NCBI GenBank assembly: GCA_903902915.1
Contig: CAIUWR010000049.1
Coordinates: 84,471 to 108,470 of the forward strand
DNA from: an uncultured Hyphomicrobiales bacterium
Lineage (GTDB): Bacteria > Pseudomonadota > Alphaproteobacteria > Rhizobiales > Beijerinckiaceae
Length of the DNA: 24,000 nucleotides
Direction: 5' to 3'
This document shows, piece by piece, positions 7,588 through 18,173 of this stretch. Below the pieces are notes generated by a model. That model was not told the DNA's origin and searched no databases. It saw only the letters and a program-made list of their open reading frames with translations. Position numbers and translations under genes: made by a program. Every line of letters starts with the position of its first letter. The first letter of the stretch is position 1.

Positions 7588-8796
7588 GTGGATTGGCGAA
7601 TTCTGTTTACCGAATGGGCGGATTTTCTGATCCGTTGGGTCCATGTGATCGCGGGCGTCTGCTGGATCGGCTCCTCGTTCTATTTCGTCCATCTGGATCT
7701 GAGCCTGCGCAAGCGCGACGGGCTGCCGCAGGGCGTGGGCGGCGAAGCCTGGCAGGTGCATGGCGGCGGCTTCTACCACATGATGAAATATACGGTCGCG
7801 CCGTCCCATCTGCCGCAGGATCTGACCTGGTTCAAATGGGAGGCCTACTGGACCTTCATCTCCGGTTTCTCCCTGCTGTGCTGGCACTATTTCGCCCATG
7901 CCGAACTTTATCTGATCGACCGGACGGTGATGGATCTGACGCCTGTCCAGGCGGTGTCCATCGCCATCGCCGTCTTGGCGCTGGGCTGGGTGATCTATGA
8001 TTTCCTGTGCCGCTCGAAGCTGGGCGACAGCGATCTGGCGCTCGGCGTGGTGGGCTTCGCCTTTCTCGTCGCCATCGCCTTCGGCCTGACGCGGGTCTTC
8101 AGCGGACGCGGCGCCTTCATCCTTCTGGGAGCCCTGATCGGCACGATCATGGTGGCCAATGTGGCGATGAACATCATGCCCAACCAAAAGAAAACCATCG
8201 CGGCCCTGATCAAGGGCGAGGCGCCGAACCCGGCCTATGGCAAGACGGCGAAGAGCCGTTCCCTGCACAACAACTACCTGACCCTGCCGGTCATCTTCCT
8301 GATGGTCTCCAACCACTATCCGCTGGCTTTCGGCTCGAAGTGGAACTGGCTGATCGTGACCCTGGTCATGGTGATCGGGGCCGTGGTGCGGCACTTCTTC
8401 AATTCCGAACACGCCCGCAAGGGCTCGCCCTGGTGGACCTGGGCGGTGGCGGCCGCCTGTTTCATCGCCATCATCGCGCTGTCGGGCGCCTCGCGCGAGG
8501 GCGGTGACGCGGCCCTCGCTCCGGCGCCCAAGGTCAAGTTCGCGCAGGTGGAGGAGATCGTCGTCTCGCGCTGCTCCATGTGCCACATGGCCGAGCCCGT
8601 CTGGGATGGCGTCAATGCGCCCCCCAAGGGCGTGATGCTCGACACGCCCGAGCGCATCCGCCTTCATGCGGAGCAGATCTATCTACAGGCGGTGATGACC
8701 CGCTCCATGCCGCCCGGCGGCAATCTGACCGAATTGAGCGAAGAGGACCGCAAGGTGCTGGCCGCCTGGGTGCAAGGCGGCGCGCAGGCGGACTGA
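7588..8796 (+). CDS. puuD: PuuD-type integral-membrane urate oxidase with C-terminal cytochrome c domain
   Basis: N-terminal [25 protein letters not shown] membrane domain and multiple TM segments. C-terminal CSMCH heme c binding motif. GTG 7588 is preceded by GGAGAG. Lies in the urate gene context. Confidence 0.8.
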   Translation: MDWRILFTEWADFLIRWVHVIAGVCWIGSSFYFVHLDLSLRKRDGLPQGVGGEAWQVHGGGFYHMMKYTVAPSHLPQDLTWFKWEAYWTFISGFSLLCWHYFAHAELYLIDRTVMDLTPVQAVSIAIAVLALGWVIYDFLCRSKLGDSDLALGVVGFAFLVAIAFGLTRVFSGRGAFILLGALIGTIMVANVAMNIMPNQKKTIAALIKGEAPNPAYGKTAKSRSLHNNYLTLPVIFLMVSNHYPLAFGSKWNWLIVTLVMVIGAVVRHFFNSEHARKGSPWWTWAVAAACFIAIIALSGASREGGDAALAPAPKVKFAQVEEIVVSRCSMCHMAEPVWDGVNAPPKGVMLDTPERIRLHAEQIYLQAVMTRSMPPGGNLTELSEEDRKVLAAWVQGGAQAD

Positions 8797-8861
8797 GCCG
8801 GCCTGGTTGCCTCTGGCGCGGCAAGCGCCTAGAAACGCGACACTCGAAACAAGGTTCTCCC

Positions 8862-9578
8862 ATGCGCCCTTCCAAACGTGCGGCCGATGAAATGCGGCTG
8901 GTCTCGATCGAACGCAATGTCGCTCGCTATGCTGAAGGCTCCTGCCTGATCAAATTCGGCGAGACCCATGTGCTGTGCACCGCCTCGCTCGAAGACAAGC
9001 CGCCGCAGTGGCTGCGCGGTCAGGGCCGGGGCTGGGTGACGGCGGAATACGCCATGCTGCCGCGCGCCACCCATACCCGCACCCGCCGCGAGTCGACCTC
9101 CGGCAAGCAGTCGGGCCGCACCCAGGAAATTCAGCGTCTCGTCGGCCGCAGCCTGCGGGCGGTGGTGGATCTGCAACAGCTCGGCGAGCGCCAGATCGTG
9201 GTCGATTGCGACGTGTTGCAGGCCGATGGCGGCACCCGCACCGCCTCGATCACCGGCGGTTGGGTCGCCCTTTATGAGTGCCTGCGCTGGATGCGCCAGC
9301 GCTCCATCATCAAGGAAATCCCCATCAAGGATCACGTGGCGGCCATTTCCTGCGGCGTCAGCAAGGGCGTGCCGGTGCTCGATCTCGACTATGCGGAAGA
9401 TTCCGTGGCCGAGACCGACGCCAATTTCGTCATCACGGGCGCTGGCGGCCTCGTCGAGGTGCAGGCCACGGCCGAGGGCGCGATCTTCTCGCAAGAACAG
9501 CTGGACGCCATGATCGTTCTGGCCCGCAAGGGCGTGGGCGAGCTGATCGCCCTGCAGAAGGCGGCGGTCGCGGGATGA
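8862..9578 (+). CDS. rph: Ribonuclease PH
   Basis: [12 protein letters not shown]..., [35 protein letters not shown]; textbook RNase PH, 238 aa. Confidence 0.95.
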   Translation: MRPSKRAADEMRLVSIERNVARYAEGSCLIKFGETHVLCTASLEDKPPQWLRGQGRGWVTAEYAMLPRATHTRTRRESTSGKQSGRTQEIQRLVGRSLRAVVDLQQLGERQIVVDCDVLQADGGTRTASITGGWVALYECLRWMRQRSIIKEIPIKDHVAAISCGVSKGVPVLDLDYAEDSVAETDANFVITGAGGLVEVQATAEGAIFSQEQLDAMIVLARKGVGELIALQKAAVAG

Positions 9579-10213
9579 GCCCCCATCGTCGTCTCGCCGA
9601 GCGCGTCATCATCGCCACCCATAATGGCGGCAAGCTGCGCGAAATGCGCGAGCTGATGGCGCCCTATGGGATCGACTGCGTATCGGCCGGGGAGCTTGGC
9701 CTCCCCGAGCCCGAGGAGACCGGCGTCACCTTCATGGAGAACGCCCTGATCAAGGCGCGTGCGGCGGCCATGGCCGCCAACCTTCCCGCGCTGGCCGATG
9801 ACTCAGGGCTTTGCGTGGCCGCGCTCGACGGCGCGCCGGGCATCTATTCGGCCCGCTGGGCTGGCGAGGCCAAGGACTTCGCCGCCGCCATGGCGCTGGT
9901 GGAGGAGAAGGTGAAAGCGCTGGGCTGCGTCGCCCCCGAGCAGCGCGCCAGCTGGTTCATCTCGGCGCTCGCCATCGTCTGGCCCGATGGCCACGCGGAA
10001 GAATTCGAAGGCCGCATCGACGGCGTGCTGGTCGATCCGCCGCGCGGGACGGCGGGCTTTGGCTATGATCCCTGTTTCCTGCCCGAAGGCCACAGCCGCA
10101 CCTTCGGCGAAATGACCTCGGAAGAAAAACACGGCCTGCCTGCGGATGGCTCGCGCGCCCTGTCGCATCGGGCGCGCGCCTTCCAGATGCTGGCGAAGGC
10201 CTGTCTGGCCTAG
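9575..10213 (+). CDS. rdgB: dITP/XTP pyrophosphatase (RdgB/HAM1 family)
   Basis: [42 protein letters not shown] motifs. ATGA overlap with the rph stop; conserved rph-rdgB synteny. Confidence 0.93.
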   Translation: MSPHRRLAERVIIATHNGGKLREMRELMAPYGIDCVSAGELGLPEPEETGVTFMENALIKARAAAMAANLPALADDSGLCVAALDGAPGIYSARWAGEAKDFAAAMALVEEKVKALGCVAPEQRASWFISALAIVWPDGHAEEFEGRIDGVLVDPPRGTAGFGYDPCFLPEGHSRTFGEMTSEEKHGLPADGSRALSHRARAFQMLAKACLA

Positions 10214-10250
10214 AGCGGGGCGGAGTGACGTAACCTCATCCTCGCGCACC

Positions 10251-10282
10251 CGGAGGGACGACGTCCTCGTCGTCCCACTCCG
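10251..10282. repeat. GC-rich palindromic hairpin (CGGAGGGACGACG-TCCT-CGTCGTCCC-A-CTCCG)
   Basis: A 9-bp perfect core stem GGGACGACG/CGTCGTCCC, extendable to 13 bp with one bulge. Related in core pattern (GGGnCGACG-N3-4-CGTCGnCCC) to the hairpins at 10341 and 13521. Confidence 0.4.
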
Positions 10283-10340
10283 CCGCCAGCCTGGGGATCA
10301 GCATCCTGAATGGTGGCGCGCGGAGGGGCCTTCAATCCAA

Positions 10341-10380
10341 CGGGAACCGGGGCGACGGAACGTCGCCCCTCCCGGTTTTC
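10341..10380 (+). terminator. GC-rich hairpin GGGGCGACG-GAA-CGTCGCCCC with outer CGGGA/TCCCG pairing, followed by GGTTTTC; likely intrinsic terminator between the convergent rdgB and DUF1186 genes
   Basis: Perfect 9-bp stem read directly, with a 4-T tract on the plus strand. It abuts the stop codon of the minus-strand gene (10379-10381). Confidence 0.45.
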
Positions 10381-11284
10381 ACGCCGCCAGACAGCACTTC
10401 TTGAACTTCTTGCCGCTGCCGCAGGGGCAGGGATCGTTGCGGCCCACGTCCCGGGTGGGATTGATGACGGTTTCAGCGACGCCTTCGTCTTCGTCGGGCT
10501 GGCCGTCGTCATAATCCTCCGGCGATTCCTCGGCGGCCATCTGGATGGCGGCCTCCACGGCGGCCATCGAGGTGATGGCGTCGTCGAAGGGCGCGAGACC
10601 TTCGCGCTCGAAAGTCGCCAGCGGATTGCTCTCTTCGCGCGCGAGCGCAAAGATGTCCTCGAATTCCTCGAGGCTGAACAGCTCCTCGTGGATCAGCCCG
10701 CCCTCGAAGGCGGCGCGGGCGAGCGGCGCCAGATCTTCCGCGCCCAACAAGGCGATGGCGTGGGCGAAGCCGTCGAAGCAGCTTTCAAAGTCCTCCGCCT
10801 TTTCCCAAAGCACGGGCAGACCGATCATCCAATGTTCCAGCGCTGCGCGGTCAATCGCGCCGCTGGCGGCGGCATAGGCCAGGGCGATGAGGGCGCAAGC
10901 TTTCACTTCAGGAGCTGCGCCGGTGGTTTCGACGATGTCTTGCAGGGCGCGGGCGTCCTTGCCGAAATAGGAAATGAACATCGGCGTCAGCGTGAAGTCG
11001 ATGGCGTCGCCCAGAATGGCGGAGAGGCCTTCAGGCGATTTCGCCAGACGCGACAGCATGACGGCGCCGGAAGCCTCGCCCTTTTCGGCCATGAGATGCA
11101 GCAGAAAATAGCCCGCGATCATGTCGTGGTCGGCGGCGTTCTCCGGATCGCGGGCGCAGCGCGCCAGCACGAGGGAGGCGGCGGGACCAGCCACATCCCA
11201 ATTGTCGCGCAGCCAATGCAGCGCCTCTTCGGGCAGATGATCGCGCGCCGCGCCGAGATCCAGCAGTGCTGTGGCCAGGTTCAT
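10379..11284 (-). CDS. DUF1186 family protein with C-terminal SEC-C metal-binding motif
   Basis: C-terminal GRNDPCPCGSGKKFKKCC is the SEC-C zinc motif. Acidic linker (EESPEDYDDGQPDEDEG). The N-terminal region resembles DUF1186 proteins (from memory). The opposite-strand 352-aa ORF is Arg/Gly-rich shadow. Confidence 0.8.
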   Translation of the reverse strand: MNLATALLDLGAARDHLPEEALHWLRDNWDVAGPAASLVLARCARDPENAADHDMIAGYFLLHLMAEKGEASGAVMLSRLAKSPEGLSAILGDAIDFTLTPMFISYFGKDARALQDIVETTGAAPEVKACALIALAYAAASGAIDRAALEHWMIGLPVLWEKAEDFESCFDGFAHAIALLGAEDLAPLARAAFEGGLIHEELFSLEEFEDIFALAREESNPLATFEREGLAPFDDAITSMAAVEAAIQMAAEESPEDYDDGQPDEDEGVAETVINPTRDVGRNDPCPCGSGKKFKKCCLAA

Positions 11285-11403
11285 GGGAATCTCCTTGCGA
11301 CGCGCCTGCGTCGTCTGGCGGGCACCTTATCCTTCCGAAGTAGAGTTGCAATCGCCTCCCGCTCATGAAAACCTCGAGCCATTGCAGTCGGAGCCTTCCG
11401 CCC

Positions 11404-12546
11404 ATGACCTTTGCCCTGACCGGCGAGCAGATCGCCATTCGCGACATGGCGCGCGATTTCGCAAGAGCCCGCATCGAGCCCCATGCGCTGGACTGGGACG
11501 AGCAGAAGATTTTCCCCGTGGACACGCTGCGCGAAGCGGCGGCGCTGGGGATGGCGGGCATCTATGTGCGCGAGGATGTGGGCGGCTCGGGCCTGACGCG
11601 GCTCGACGCGACGCTGATCTTCGAGGCGCTGGCCACCGGCTGCCCCTGCGTCTCCGCCTATCTGTCGATCCACAACATGTGCGCCTGGATGATCGACGCC
11701 TACGGATCGGGCGAACAGCGCCAGCGCTGGCTGCCCATGCTCATGCGCATGGACCGGCTGGCGAGCTATTGCCTCACCGAGCCTGGCAGCGGTTCCGACG
11801 CCGCCGCGCTCGCCACGAAGGCCGAGCGCGAGGGCGACCATTATGTGCTCACCGGCCAGAAGCAGTTCATCTCCGGCGCCGGCAATCCCCACGATTTCTA
11901 CATCGTGATGGCGCGCACCGGCGAGGCTGGGCCGCGCGGCGTTTCCTGCTTCGTGGTGGAGGGCGGAAGCAAAGGCGTCTTTTTTGGCAAGGACGAGCGC
12001 AAGATGGGTTGGCACGCCCAGCCCACCCGCGCCGTGATCTTCGAAGGCGCGCGGGTCCCGGCCGCCAACCGGATCGGCGCGGAAGGCGAGGGCTTCCGCA
12101 TCGCCATGTCGGGGCTTGATGGCGGGCGGCTCAACATCGGCGCCTGTTCGCTGGGCGGGGGCGAGGCGGCGCTGGAAAAGGCGCTCAACTACATGGGCGA
12201 GCGCAAGGCCTTCGGCCGCAGGCTCGACCAGTTTCAGGCCCTGCAATTCCGCCTCGCCGACATGGCGACCGAACTGGAAGCCGCGCGCAGCCTCATCTGG
12301 CGCGCGGCGGCAGCATTGGACGCCAAAACGCAGGACGCCACGCAGCTCTGCGCCATGGCCAAAAGGGTCGCCACCGACGCGGGCTTCAAGGCGGCCAACG
12401 ACGCGCTGCAATTGCTCGGCGGCTATGGCTATCTGTCGGACTATGGGATCGAGAAAATCGTGCGCGACCTGCGCGTGCATCAGATTCTGGAAGGCACCAA
12501 CGAAATCATGCGCCTGATCGTGGCGCGCGAACTCGTGGGGCGTTGA
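11404..12546 (+). CDS. Acyl-CoA dehydrogenase, isobutyryl-CoA dehydrogenase-like (valine catabolism by context)
   Basis: YCLTEPGSGSDAA, KQFISGAG, GEGFRIAMSGLDGGRLNI, QILEGTNEIMR are ACAD hallmarks. Substrate is inferred only from the adjacent mmsB. Start at MTFALTGEQ (ATG 11404). Confidence 0.9.
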   Translation: MTFALTGEQIAIRDMARDFARARIEPHALDWDEQKIFPVDTLREAAALGMAGIYVREDVGGSGLTRLDATLIFEALATGCPCVSAYLSIHNMCAWMIDAYGSGEQRQRWLPMLMRMDRLASYCLTEPGSGSDAAALATKAEREGDHYVLTGQKQFISGAGNPHDFYIVMARTGEAGPRGVSCFVVEGGSKGVFFGKDERKMGWHAQPTRAVIFEGARVPAANRIGAEGEGFRIAMSGLDGGRLNIGACSLGGGEAALEKALNYMGERKAFGRRLDQFQALQFRLADMATELEAARSLIWRAAAALDAKTQDATQLCAMAKRVATDAGFKAANDALQLLGGYGYLSDYGIEKIVRDLRVHQILEGTNEIMRLIVARELVGR

Positions 12547-12568
12547 TCATAAAAAAACGGAGGGTGGA

Positions 12569-13459
12569 ATGGCCGCTGTCGCATTCATCGGGCTCGGCAA
12601 TATGGGCCTGCCCATGGCGCTCAATCTCGTGCGCGCGGGACGCCGCGTGAGGGGATTCGATCTTGCGCCGGGCGCGCGCGAGGCGGCGCTGGCGGGCGGT
12701 CTGGAATGGGCGGACAGCGCCCTTGATTGCGTGCGCGAGGCGCAGGTCGTCGTCACCATGTTGCCCGCCGGCAAGCATGTGCGCGCAGTGTGGGAGGAGA
12801 TCGCCAGCGCCGCGCAGCCGGGCGCGCTGCTGATCGATTCCTCCACCATCGACGTGGAAAGCGCGCGCGCCGCGCACGGATTGGCGGGCGCACGGGGATT
12901 GCTGTCGCTCGACGCCCCCGTTTCGGGGGGCACGGGCGGAGCGCGCGCGGGCACGCTGACCTTCATGTGCGGCGGCTCGGCGGAGGCCTTCGCAGCGGCC
13001 CAGCCGATGCTGGAGGCCATGGGCAAGCGCATCGTCCATTGCGGCGGCGCGGGGGCGGGGCAGGCGGCCAAGGTCTGCAACAACATGATTCTGGGCGCCA
13101 CCATGGTCGCCACCTGCGAGGCCTTCGTGCTGGCGGAGAAGCTCGGCCTCGACCATCAGGCCCTGTTCGACGTGGTCTCGACCTCGTCCGGCCAATCCTG
13201 GTCCACCACCACCTATTGTCCCGTTCGTGGCCCCGTGCCCACCAGCCCCGCGAACAACGGCTACAAGCCGGGCTTCGCGGCCGCCCTCATGCTGAAGGAT
13301 CTGCTGCTCTCGCAGGAGGCCGCCGCCAGCGCCGGCGCCGTGACGCCCATGGGCGCAGCGGCTGCGGGCCTCTACCAGCGCTTTGTGGCGGAGGGGTCCG
13401 GGGAGGTGGATTTTTCGGGGATCATCGGGTTTTTGCGGGAGGGAACCGTGGCCGAATGA
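12569..13459 (+). CDS. mmsB: 3-hydroxyisobutyrate dehydrogenase
   Basis: AFIGLGNMGLPMALNL Rossmann start, DAPVSGG, GAGQAAKVCNNM, KDLLL motifs typical of the HIBADH family. Confidence 0.92.
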   Translation: MAAVAFIGLGNMGLPMALNLVRAGRRVRGFDLAPGAREAALAGGLEWADSALDCVREAQVVVTMLPAGKHVRAVWEEIASAAQPGALLIDSSTIDVESARAAHGLAGARGLLSLDAPVSGGTGGARAGTLTFMCGGSAEAFAAAQPMLEAMGKRIVHCGGAGAGQAAKVCNNMILGATMVATCEAFVLAEKLGLDHQALFDVVSTSSGQSWSTTTYCPVRGPVPTSPANNGYKPGFAAALMLKDLLLSQEAAASAGAVTPMGAAAAGLYQRFVAEGSGEVDFSGIIGFLREGTVAE

Positions 13460-13520
13460 AGCGCTAAAGCGGGATCCGATCAATTTGCATGGAGCTGGCG
13501 ACAGCATGACATGATGAACA

Positions 13521-13556
13521 CGGGAGGGGCGACGTCTCGTCGCCCTCCCGGGTTCG
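13521..13556 (+). terminator. GC-rich hairpin CGGGAGGGGCGACG-TCT-CGTCGCCCTCCCG followed by GGTTCG; sequence-related to the 10341 hairpin
   Basis: Read directly from the sequence. It lies 62 nt downstream of the mmsB stop in a convergent intergenic region. The T-tract is poor, so the terminator call is tentative. Confidence 0.35.
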
Positions 13557-13609
13557 GTGCACCATGATCGGATGCCGCTCCAGGCCACGGTTTTGATCAG
13601 ACGAAGCGT

Positions 13610-14431
13610 CTAGTCAAACCGCACCTTGTGCTGCGCCACCGGGATCATGGCGCGCACGCGCGTCACGCGATCAGGTTCGATGCGGGCGGCGACATAGCCC
13701 ACGCCATCCGACGCGCGCGCCACCACATGGCCCCAGGGGTCGACCACCATGGAATGGCCCCAGGTGGTTCGGGTCTCATTGCCCTGCAAATGGTTGCCCG
13801 TCTGGCCCGTGGCGACGAAATAGGTTTCCGTCTCTATGGCGCGCGCGCGGCACAGCACTTCCCAATGGTCCTTGCCGGTCTGCAAGGTGAAGGCGGCGGG
13901 CAGGGCGATCATCTGCGCGCCCTTGTCGGCCAGCGCCTGAAACAGGCCGGGAAACCGCAAGTCGTAGCAGATGGCGCAGCCCACCGTGACGCCTTCGCAG
14001 TCATAGGTCACCACCGCGTCGCCCGGCTTCATGGCCGCGCTCTCGTGGTATGTCTTGCCGTCGGGCGCGGTGATGTCGAACATGTGGATCTTGCGGTAGC
14101 GCGCCAGCTCCTCGCCCTTGCGGTTGAAGACCACGGTGGTGTTGGCGACCCGCGCCTCGCCCTCGATGGTCTCCAATAGGGAGCCCGCGTGAATGAAGAC
14201 GCCGTTGGTGCGCGCCACATCCTGCAACATGGCGTAGGCAGGCCCGCCCGGCAGGGTTTCGGAGGCCGCGCGCTTTTCCGCCAGCGAGCCGCCCATGAAG
14301 TCGAAGACCTCCGGAAGGCAGATCCAGTCGGGCTTTTCCTCCGCGATGGCCCGCTCCATGAGGGCGCGGGCGGCGGCGAGATTGGCCGGCTTGTCGGCGC
14401 CGGAATTCATCTGGATGAGCGCGACTTTCAT
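13610..14431 (-). CDS. Carbon-nitrogen hydrolase (nitrilase superfamily, Nit1/Nit2-like amidase)
   Basis: MKVALIQMNS..., CLPEVF (catalytic Glu), YRKIHMFD (Lys), GCAICYDLRFP (Cys). Start at ATG 14429-14431. Confidence 0.88.
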   Translation of the reverse strand: MKVALIQMNSGADKPANLAAARALMERAIAEEKPDWICLPEVFDFMGGSLAEKRAASETLPGGPAYAMLQDVARTNGVFIHAGSLLETIEGEARVANTTVVFNRKGEELARYRKIHMFDITAPDGKTYHESAAMKPGDAVVTYDCEGVTVGCAICYDLRFPGLFQALADKGAQMIALPAAFTLQTGKDHWEVLCRARAIETETYFVATGQTGNHLQGNETRTTWGHSMVVDPWGHVVARASDGVGYVAARIEPDRVTRVRAMIPVAQHKVRFD

Positions 14432-14468
14432 GGGGCGATCCTGTTTCAAGTCAAAGGCGGGATATGCG

Positions 14469-15674
14469 TCAGTCCACGCTCTCCAATGCAAGCGCTATGC
14501 CTTGCCCGACCCCGATGCACATGGTCGCCAGAGCGCGCTTGGCCTTGCGGTCGTTCATTTCCAGCGCCGCCGTCAGGGCGAGCCGCGCGCCCGACATGCC
14601 CAGCGGATGGCCGATGGCGATGGCGCCGCCGTTCGGGTTCACATGCTCCGCGTCATCTGGCAGGCCAAGGCCGCGCAGGCAGGCCAGAGCCTGACAGGCG
14701 AAGGCCTCGTTGAGTTCGACGATGTCGAAATCCGAGATCTTGTAGCCGCGCCGCTCCATGAGCTTTTGGGTGGCGGGCACGGGGCCAAAACCCATGATGC
14801 GCGGGGGCACGCCCGCCGTCGCCATGCCGCTGATGCGCGCCAAGGGCTGCAAACCATAGCGCTCCACGGCCGCGCGCGAGGCGACCAGCAGGGCGGCGGC
14901 GCCGTCGTTGACGCCGGATGCGTTGCCCGCCGTCACCGAGCCGTCCTTGCGGAAGATGGGCTTCAGGCTGGCGAGCTTTTCCAGCGTCGTGGCGCGGGGA
15001 TGTTCGTCATGCTCGACGCGGGTGACATTGCCCTTGCGGTCGGTGATCGCATAGGGGGCGATCTCGCGGGCGAAGCGGCCGCTGGCGATGGCGCTGGCCG
15101 CGCGGTTCTGGCTGCGCATGGCGAAGGCGTCCTGATCGGCGCGGGAGACGCTGCGCTCCTGCGCCAGATTTTCCGCCGTCTCGCCCATGGCGTCCACGCC
15201 ATAATTCTCTTTCATGGCTGGGTTGACGAAGCGCCAGCCAATCGTCGTGTCGAAGATTTCGGCGTTGCGCGAGAAGGCCTCCGTCGCCTTGGCCTGCACG
15301 AAGGGCGCGCGCGACATGCTCTCGACGCCGCCCGCAATCGCCACATCGATTTCGCCCGCGCGAATGGCCCGCGCCGCCTGACCCAGAGCGTCGAGGCCGG
15401 AGCCGCAGAGGCGGTTCACCGTGACGCCGGGAATCTCCAGCGGCAGGCCCGCCAGCAAAAGCGACATGCGGGCCACGTTGCGGTTGTCCTCGCCCGCCTG
15501 ATTGGCGCAGCCCGCATAGACTTCGTCGATGGCCGCTGCGGGTAGCGCAGGCGCGCGCAGCATCAGTTCGCGGATGGCGTGCGCCAACAGATCGTCAGGG
15601 CGAACGCCCGACAGCGACCCGGCATAACGGCCGACCGGGGTGCGCACCCCCGCGCAAAGGAACACTTCGGTCAT
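14469..15674 (-). CDS. Acetyl-CoA C-acyltransferase (thiolase), PcaF/PaaJ (3-oxoadipyl-CoA thiolase)-like
   Basis: [32 protein letters not shown] (active-site Cys), [27 protein letters not shown]. Start at MTEVFLCAG (ATG 15672-15674). Confidence 0.92.
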   Translation of the reverse strand: MTEVFLCAGVRTPVGRYAGSLSGVRPDDLLAHAIRELMLRAPALPAAAIDEVYAGCANQAGEDNRNVARMSLLLAGLPLEIPGVTVNRLCGSGLDALGQAARAIRAGEIDVAIAGGVESMSRAPFVQAKATEAFSRNAEIFDTTIGWRFVNPAMKENYGVDAMGETAENLAQERSVSRADQDAFAMRSQNRAASAIASGRFAREIAPYAITDRKGNVTRVEHDEHPRATTLEKLASLKPIFRKDGSVTAGNASGVNDGAAALLVASRAAVERYGLQPLARISGMATAGVPPRIMGFGPVPATQKLMERRGYKISDFDIVELNEAFACQALACLRGLGLPDDAEHVNPNGGAIAIGHPLGMSGARLALTAALEMNDRKAKRALATMCIGVGQGIALALESVD

Positions 15675-15792
15675 TTTCCATTCCCCGGGCTGGCGTTTCC
15701 GCAAGTCATGAACCTGATTACAGCGGAACCCGATCATGTTGCAACGAGCGACGCCATGGCAGGGGGGCGAGACCCCGGGAGGGGCGTGAGCG

Positions 15793-17082
15793 TCAAGCGC
15801 GCAGCAGGGCCTCGCTCAACACAGCCGCGACAGTGCCGGTGAGCTGCTCCAGCTCGCCATCTGCGATCACGAAGGCTGGCGTCAGATAGACCACATTGCG
15901 GAAAGGCCTGATCCAGACGCCGCGATCAAGAAACGCCGCCTGTAGCGCGCGGGGCTCGGGCATGGCCTCCATCTCCACCACGCCGATGGCGCCCATGACG
16001 CGCACATCCGTCACGCCCGGCAAGGCGCGGCAGGGGGCCAGCCCCTCTTCAAGAAGGGCGGCGATTCGCGCCACTTGCGCCAGACGCGGCTCGCTCTCGA
16101 ACAGATCGAGTGAGGCGTTGGCGGCGGCGCAGGCCAAAGCGTTGCCCATATAGGTCGGGCCATGCATGAGCGCCTTGTCGGCCTCATCGCCCCAGAAAGC
16201 GTCGAACACATGTTTGCGCGCGAGGGTGGCGGCAAGGGGAAGCGTTCCCCCCGTCAGGGCCTTGGAGAGCGTGACGATGTCGGGCGTGACGCCAGCCTCA
16301 GCGCAGGCGAACATGGCGCCGGTGCGCCCGAAGCCGGTGAAGATTTCATCGAAGATCAGCAAAAGCCCGAAGTCGTCGGCGAGCTGGCGCAGATCGCGCA
16401 AGACCTGATCCTCATGAAACACCATGCCCCCGGCGCCCTGCACGCGCGGCTCCACCAGAATGGCGGCCAGTTCATGGGCGTGAGCCTCGACCAGTTGGCG
16501 CAAACCCGCCAGCGCCGCGCCATCGCGCGGCAGATCGCCGATGAGCTGGGGCGCGAAGACGCCCGCGAATTTGGCGTGCATCCCTTCCTCAGGGTCGCAG
16601 ACCGCCATGGTGGCGAAAGTGTCGCCATGGTAGCCGCCGCGAAAACTCAAGATTTTGGTGCGGCCCGCAACGCCTCGGTTCATCCAGTATTGAACCGCCA
16701 TCTTCATGGCGACTTCGACGGAGACCGAACCTGATTCGGTGAAGAACACGCGCTCCAGATCGCCCGGCAGCAGGGCGGCGAGGCGGGTCGCCAGCCGATA
16801 GGCCTGTTCATGGGCGAGGCCGCCGAACATCACATGGGGCAGGCGAGCGAGCTGCTCGCGCAGGGCTTCGGCGATATGGGGATGGTTGTAGCCGTGGCAG
16901 GCGGTCCACCAGCTGGCGATCCCATCCACCAACACGCGCCCGTCCGCCAAAGTCAGCCGCGCGCCTTCGCTGGCGACGACCGGGAGTGGCCGCGCGGCGG
17001 TCTTCATCTGCGCATAGGGTAGCCAGATGTGGTCGAGGCCTGCTTTGAGCCAGCGCGGCTCAGCGCAGTCCGGCGGCGCCAT
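15793..17082 (-). CDS. bioA: Adenosylmethionine-8-amino-7-oxononanoate aminotransferase
   Basis: [58 protein letters not shown] (PLP Lys). Its ATG at 17082 overlaps the 3' end of bioB by 23 nt. Confidence 0.93.
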   Translation of the reverse strand: MAPPDCAEPRWLKAGLDHIWLPYAQMKTAARPLPVVASEGARLTLADGRVLVDGIASWWTACHGYNHPHIAEALREQLARLPHVMFGGLAHEQAYRLATRLAALLPGDLERVFFTESGSVSVEVAMKMAVQYWMNRGVAGRTKILSFRGGYHGDTFATMAVCDPEEGMHAKFAGVFAPQLIGDLPRDGAALAGLRQLVEAHAHELAAILVEPRVQGAGGMVFHEDQVLRDLRQLADDFGLLLIFDEIFTGFGRTGAMFACAEAGVTPDIVTLSKALTGGTLPLAATLARKHVFDAFWGDEADKALMHGPTYMGNALACAAANASLDLFESEPRLAQVARIAALLEEGLAPCRALPGVTDVRVMGAIGVVEMEAMPEPRALQAAFLDRGVWIRPFRNVVYLTPAFVIADGELEQLTGTVAAVLSEALLRA

Positions 17083-18073
17083 CGGTGGTCATGCCGAGAC
17101 GCTCGAACAGCGCGCCATCGCGATCCTCGCCCGGGTTCGGCGTGGTCAGCAGCCGCTCGCCCGAAAAGATCGAATTGGCGCCCGCGATGAAGCAGAGCGC
17201 CTGCAACTCGTCGGTCATGTCCTCGCGGCCCGCCGACAGGCGCACCATGGAGGCGGGCATGGTGATGCGCGCCACCGCGATGGTGCGGACGAAATCGAGC
17301 GGATGCACCCGGCCCGTCCCCTCCAATGGCGTGCCCGCCACCTGCACCAGCAAGTTGATCGGCACGCTTTCGGGATGGCTGGGCAGGGTCGCCAGCGCAT
17401 GGACCATGCCCACGCGGTCATCGATGCTCTCGCCCATGCCCACGATGCCGCCGCAGCAGACGCTCAGCCCGGCGTCGCGCACCACGCTCAGCGTGTCGAG
17501 CCGGTCCTGGAAGGTGCGGGTGGAGATGATCTTGGGGTAATATTCAGGGGAAGTGTCGAGGTTGTGGTTGTAATAATCGAGGCCCGCGACCTTCAGGCGA
17601 CCCGCCTGCGGGGCGGTGAGCATGCCAAGGGTCATGCAGGTTTCCATGCCCATGGCCTTCACGCCCTCCACGAGTTCGCAGAGATCGTCCATGTCGCGGT
17701 CTTTCGGGGAGCGCCAGGCGGCGCCCATGCAGAAACGGGTGGAGCCGCTGGCCTTGGCCTCGCGCGCCGCCTCCATCACCGCCTCCACATCCACCAGTTT
17801 GGTGGCCTTGAGGCCCGTGTCATGTTCGGCGCTTTGCGGGCAATAGGCGCAATCTTCGGGGCAGCCGCCGGTCTTGATCGACATGAGGGTCGAGAGCTGC
17901 ACCTTGTCCGGATCGAAGCGCAGGCGATGCACGCTCTGGGCGCGGAAGATCAACTCGGGGAAAGGCAGATCAAACAGCGCGCGGATCTCGGCGCGGGTCC
18001 AGTCGTGACGCAGGTCGTCAGCGAGGTTTCCCGCAGGGGCGGTGCGATGGAGAGAGGCGTCCACGGCGTTCAT
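17060..18073 (-). CDS. bioB: Biotin synthase (radical SAM)
   Basis: [15 protein letters not shown] CxxxCxxC motif, [18 protein letters not shown]; textbook BioB. Confidence 0.96.
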   Translation of the reverse strand: MNAVDASLHRTAPAGNLADDLRHDWTRAEIRALFDLPFPELIFRAQSVHRLRFDPDKVQLSTLMSIKTGGCPEDCAYCPQSAEHDTGLKATKLVDVEAVMEAAREAKASGSTRFCMGAAWRSPKDRDMDDLCELVEGVKAMGMETCMTLGMLTAPQAGRLKVAGLDYYNHNLDTSPEYYPKIISTRTFQDRLDTLSVVRDAGLSVCCGGIVGMGESIDDRVGMVHALATLPSHPESVPINLLVQVAGTPLEGTGRVHPLDFVRTIAVARITMPASMVRLSAGREDMTDELQALCFIAGANSIFSGERLLTTPNPGEDRDGALFERLGMTTDGAAGLR

Positions 18074-18173
18074 CGTCTGTCCTTCAGTTGCGCGCTTCTA
18101 CATGCCTCTTTAGGGTCCGCCGGGCAAGCGCGAACCGCTCCGCTGCGGACCATCCGCGACCTTTGGATAGGGC

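Noticed and set aside
10310-11368. A 352-aa plus-strand ORF covering the DUF1186/SEC-C locus.
   Set aside because: It has no recognisable motifs and an Arg/Gly-rich composition. The minus-strand frame has a textbook SEC-C motif and balanced composition, so the minus strand was called.
18074-18173. Search for a BioR (TTATMKATAA) or BirA-type operator in the bioB/bioF divergent spacer.
   Set aside because: No match was seen by eye. Only a GGTCCGC/GCGGACC inverted repeat is present, so it is reported as an open question rather than as a regulatory feature.
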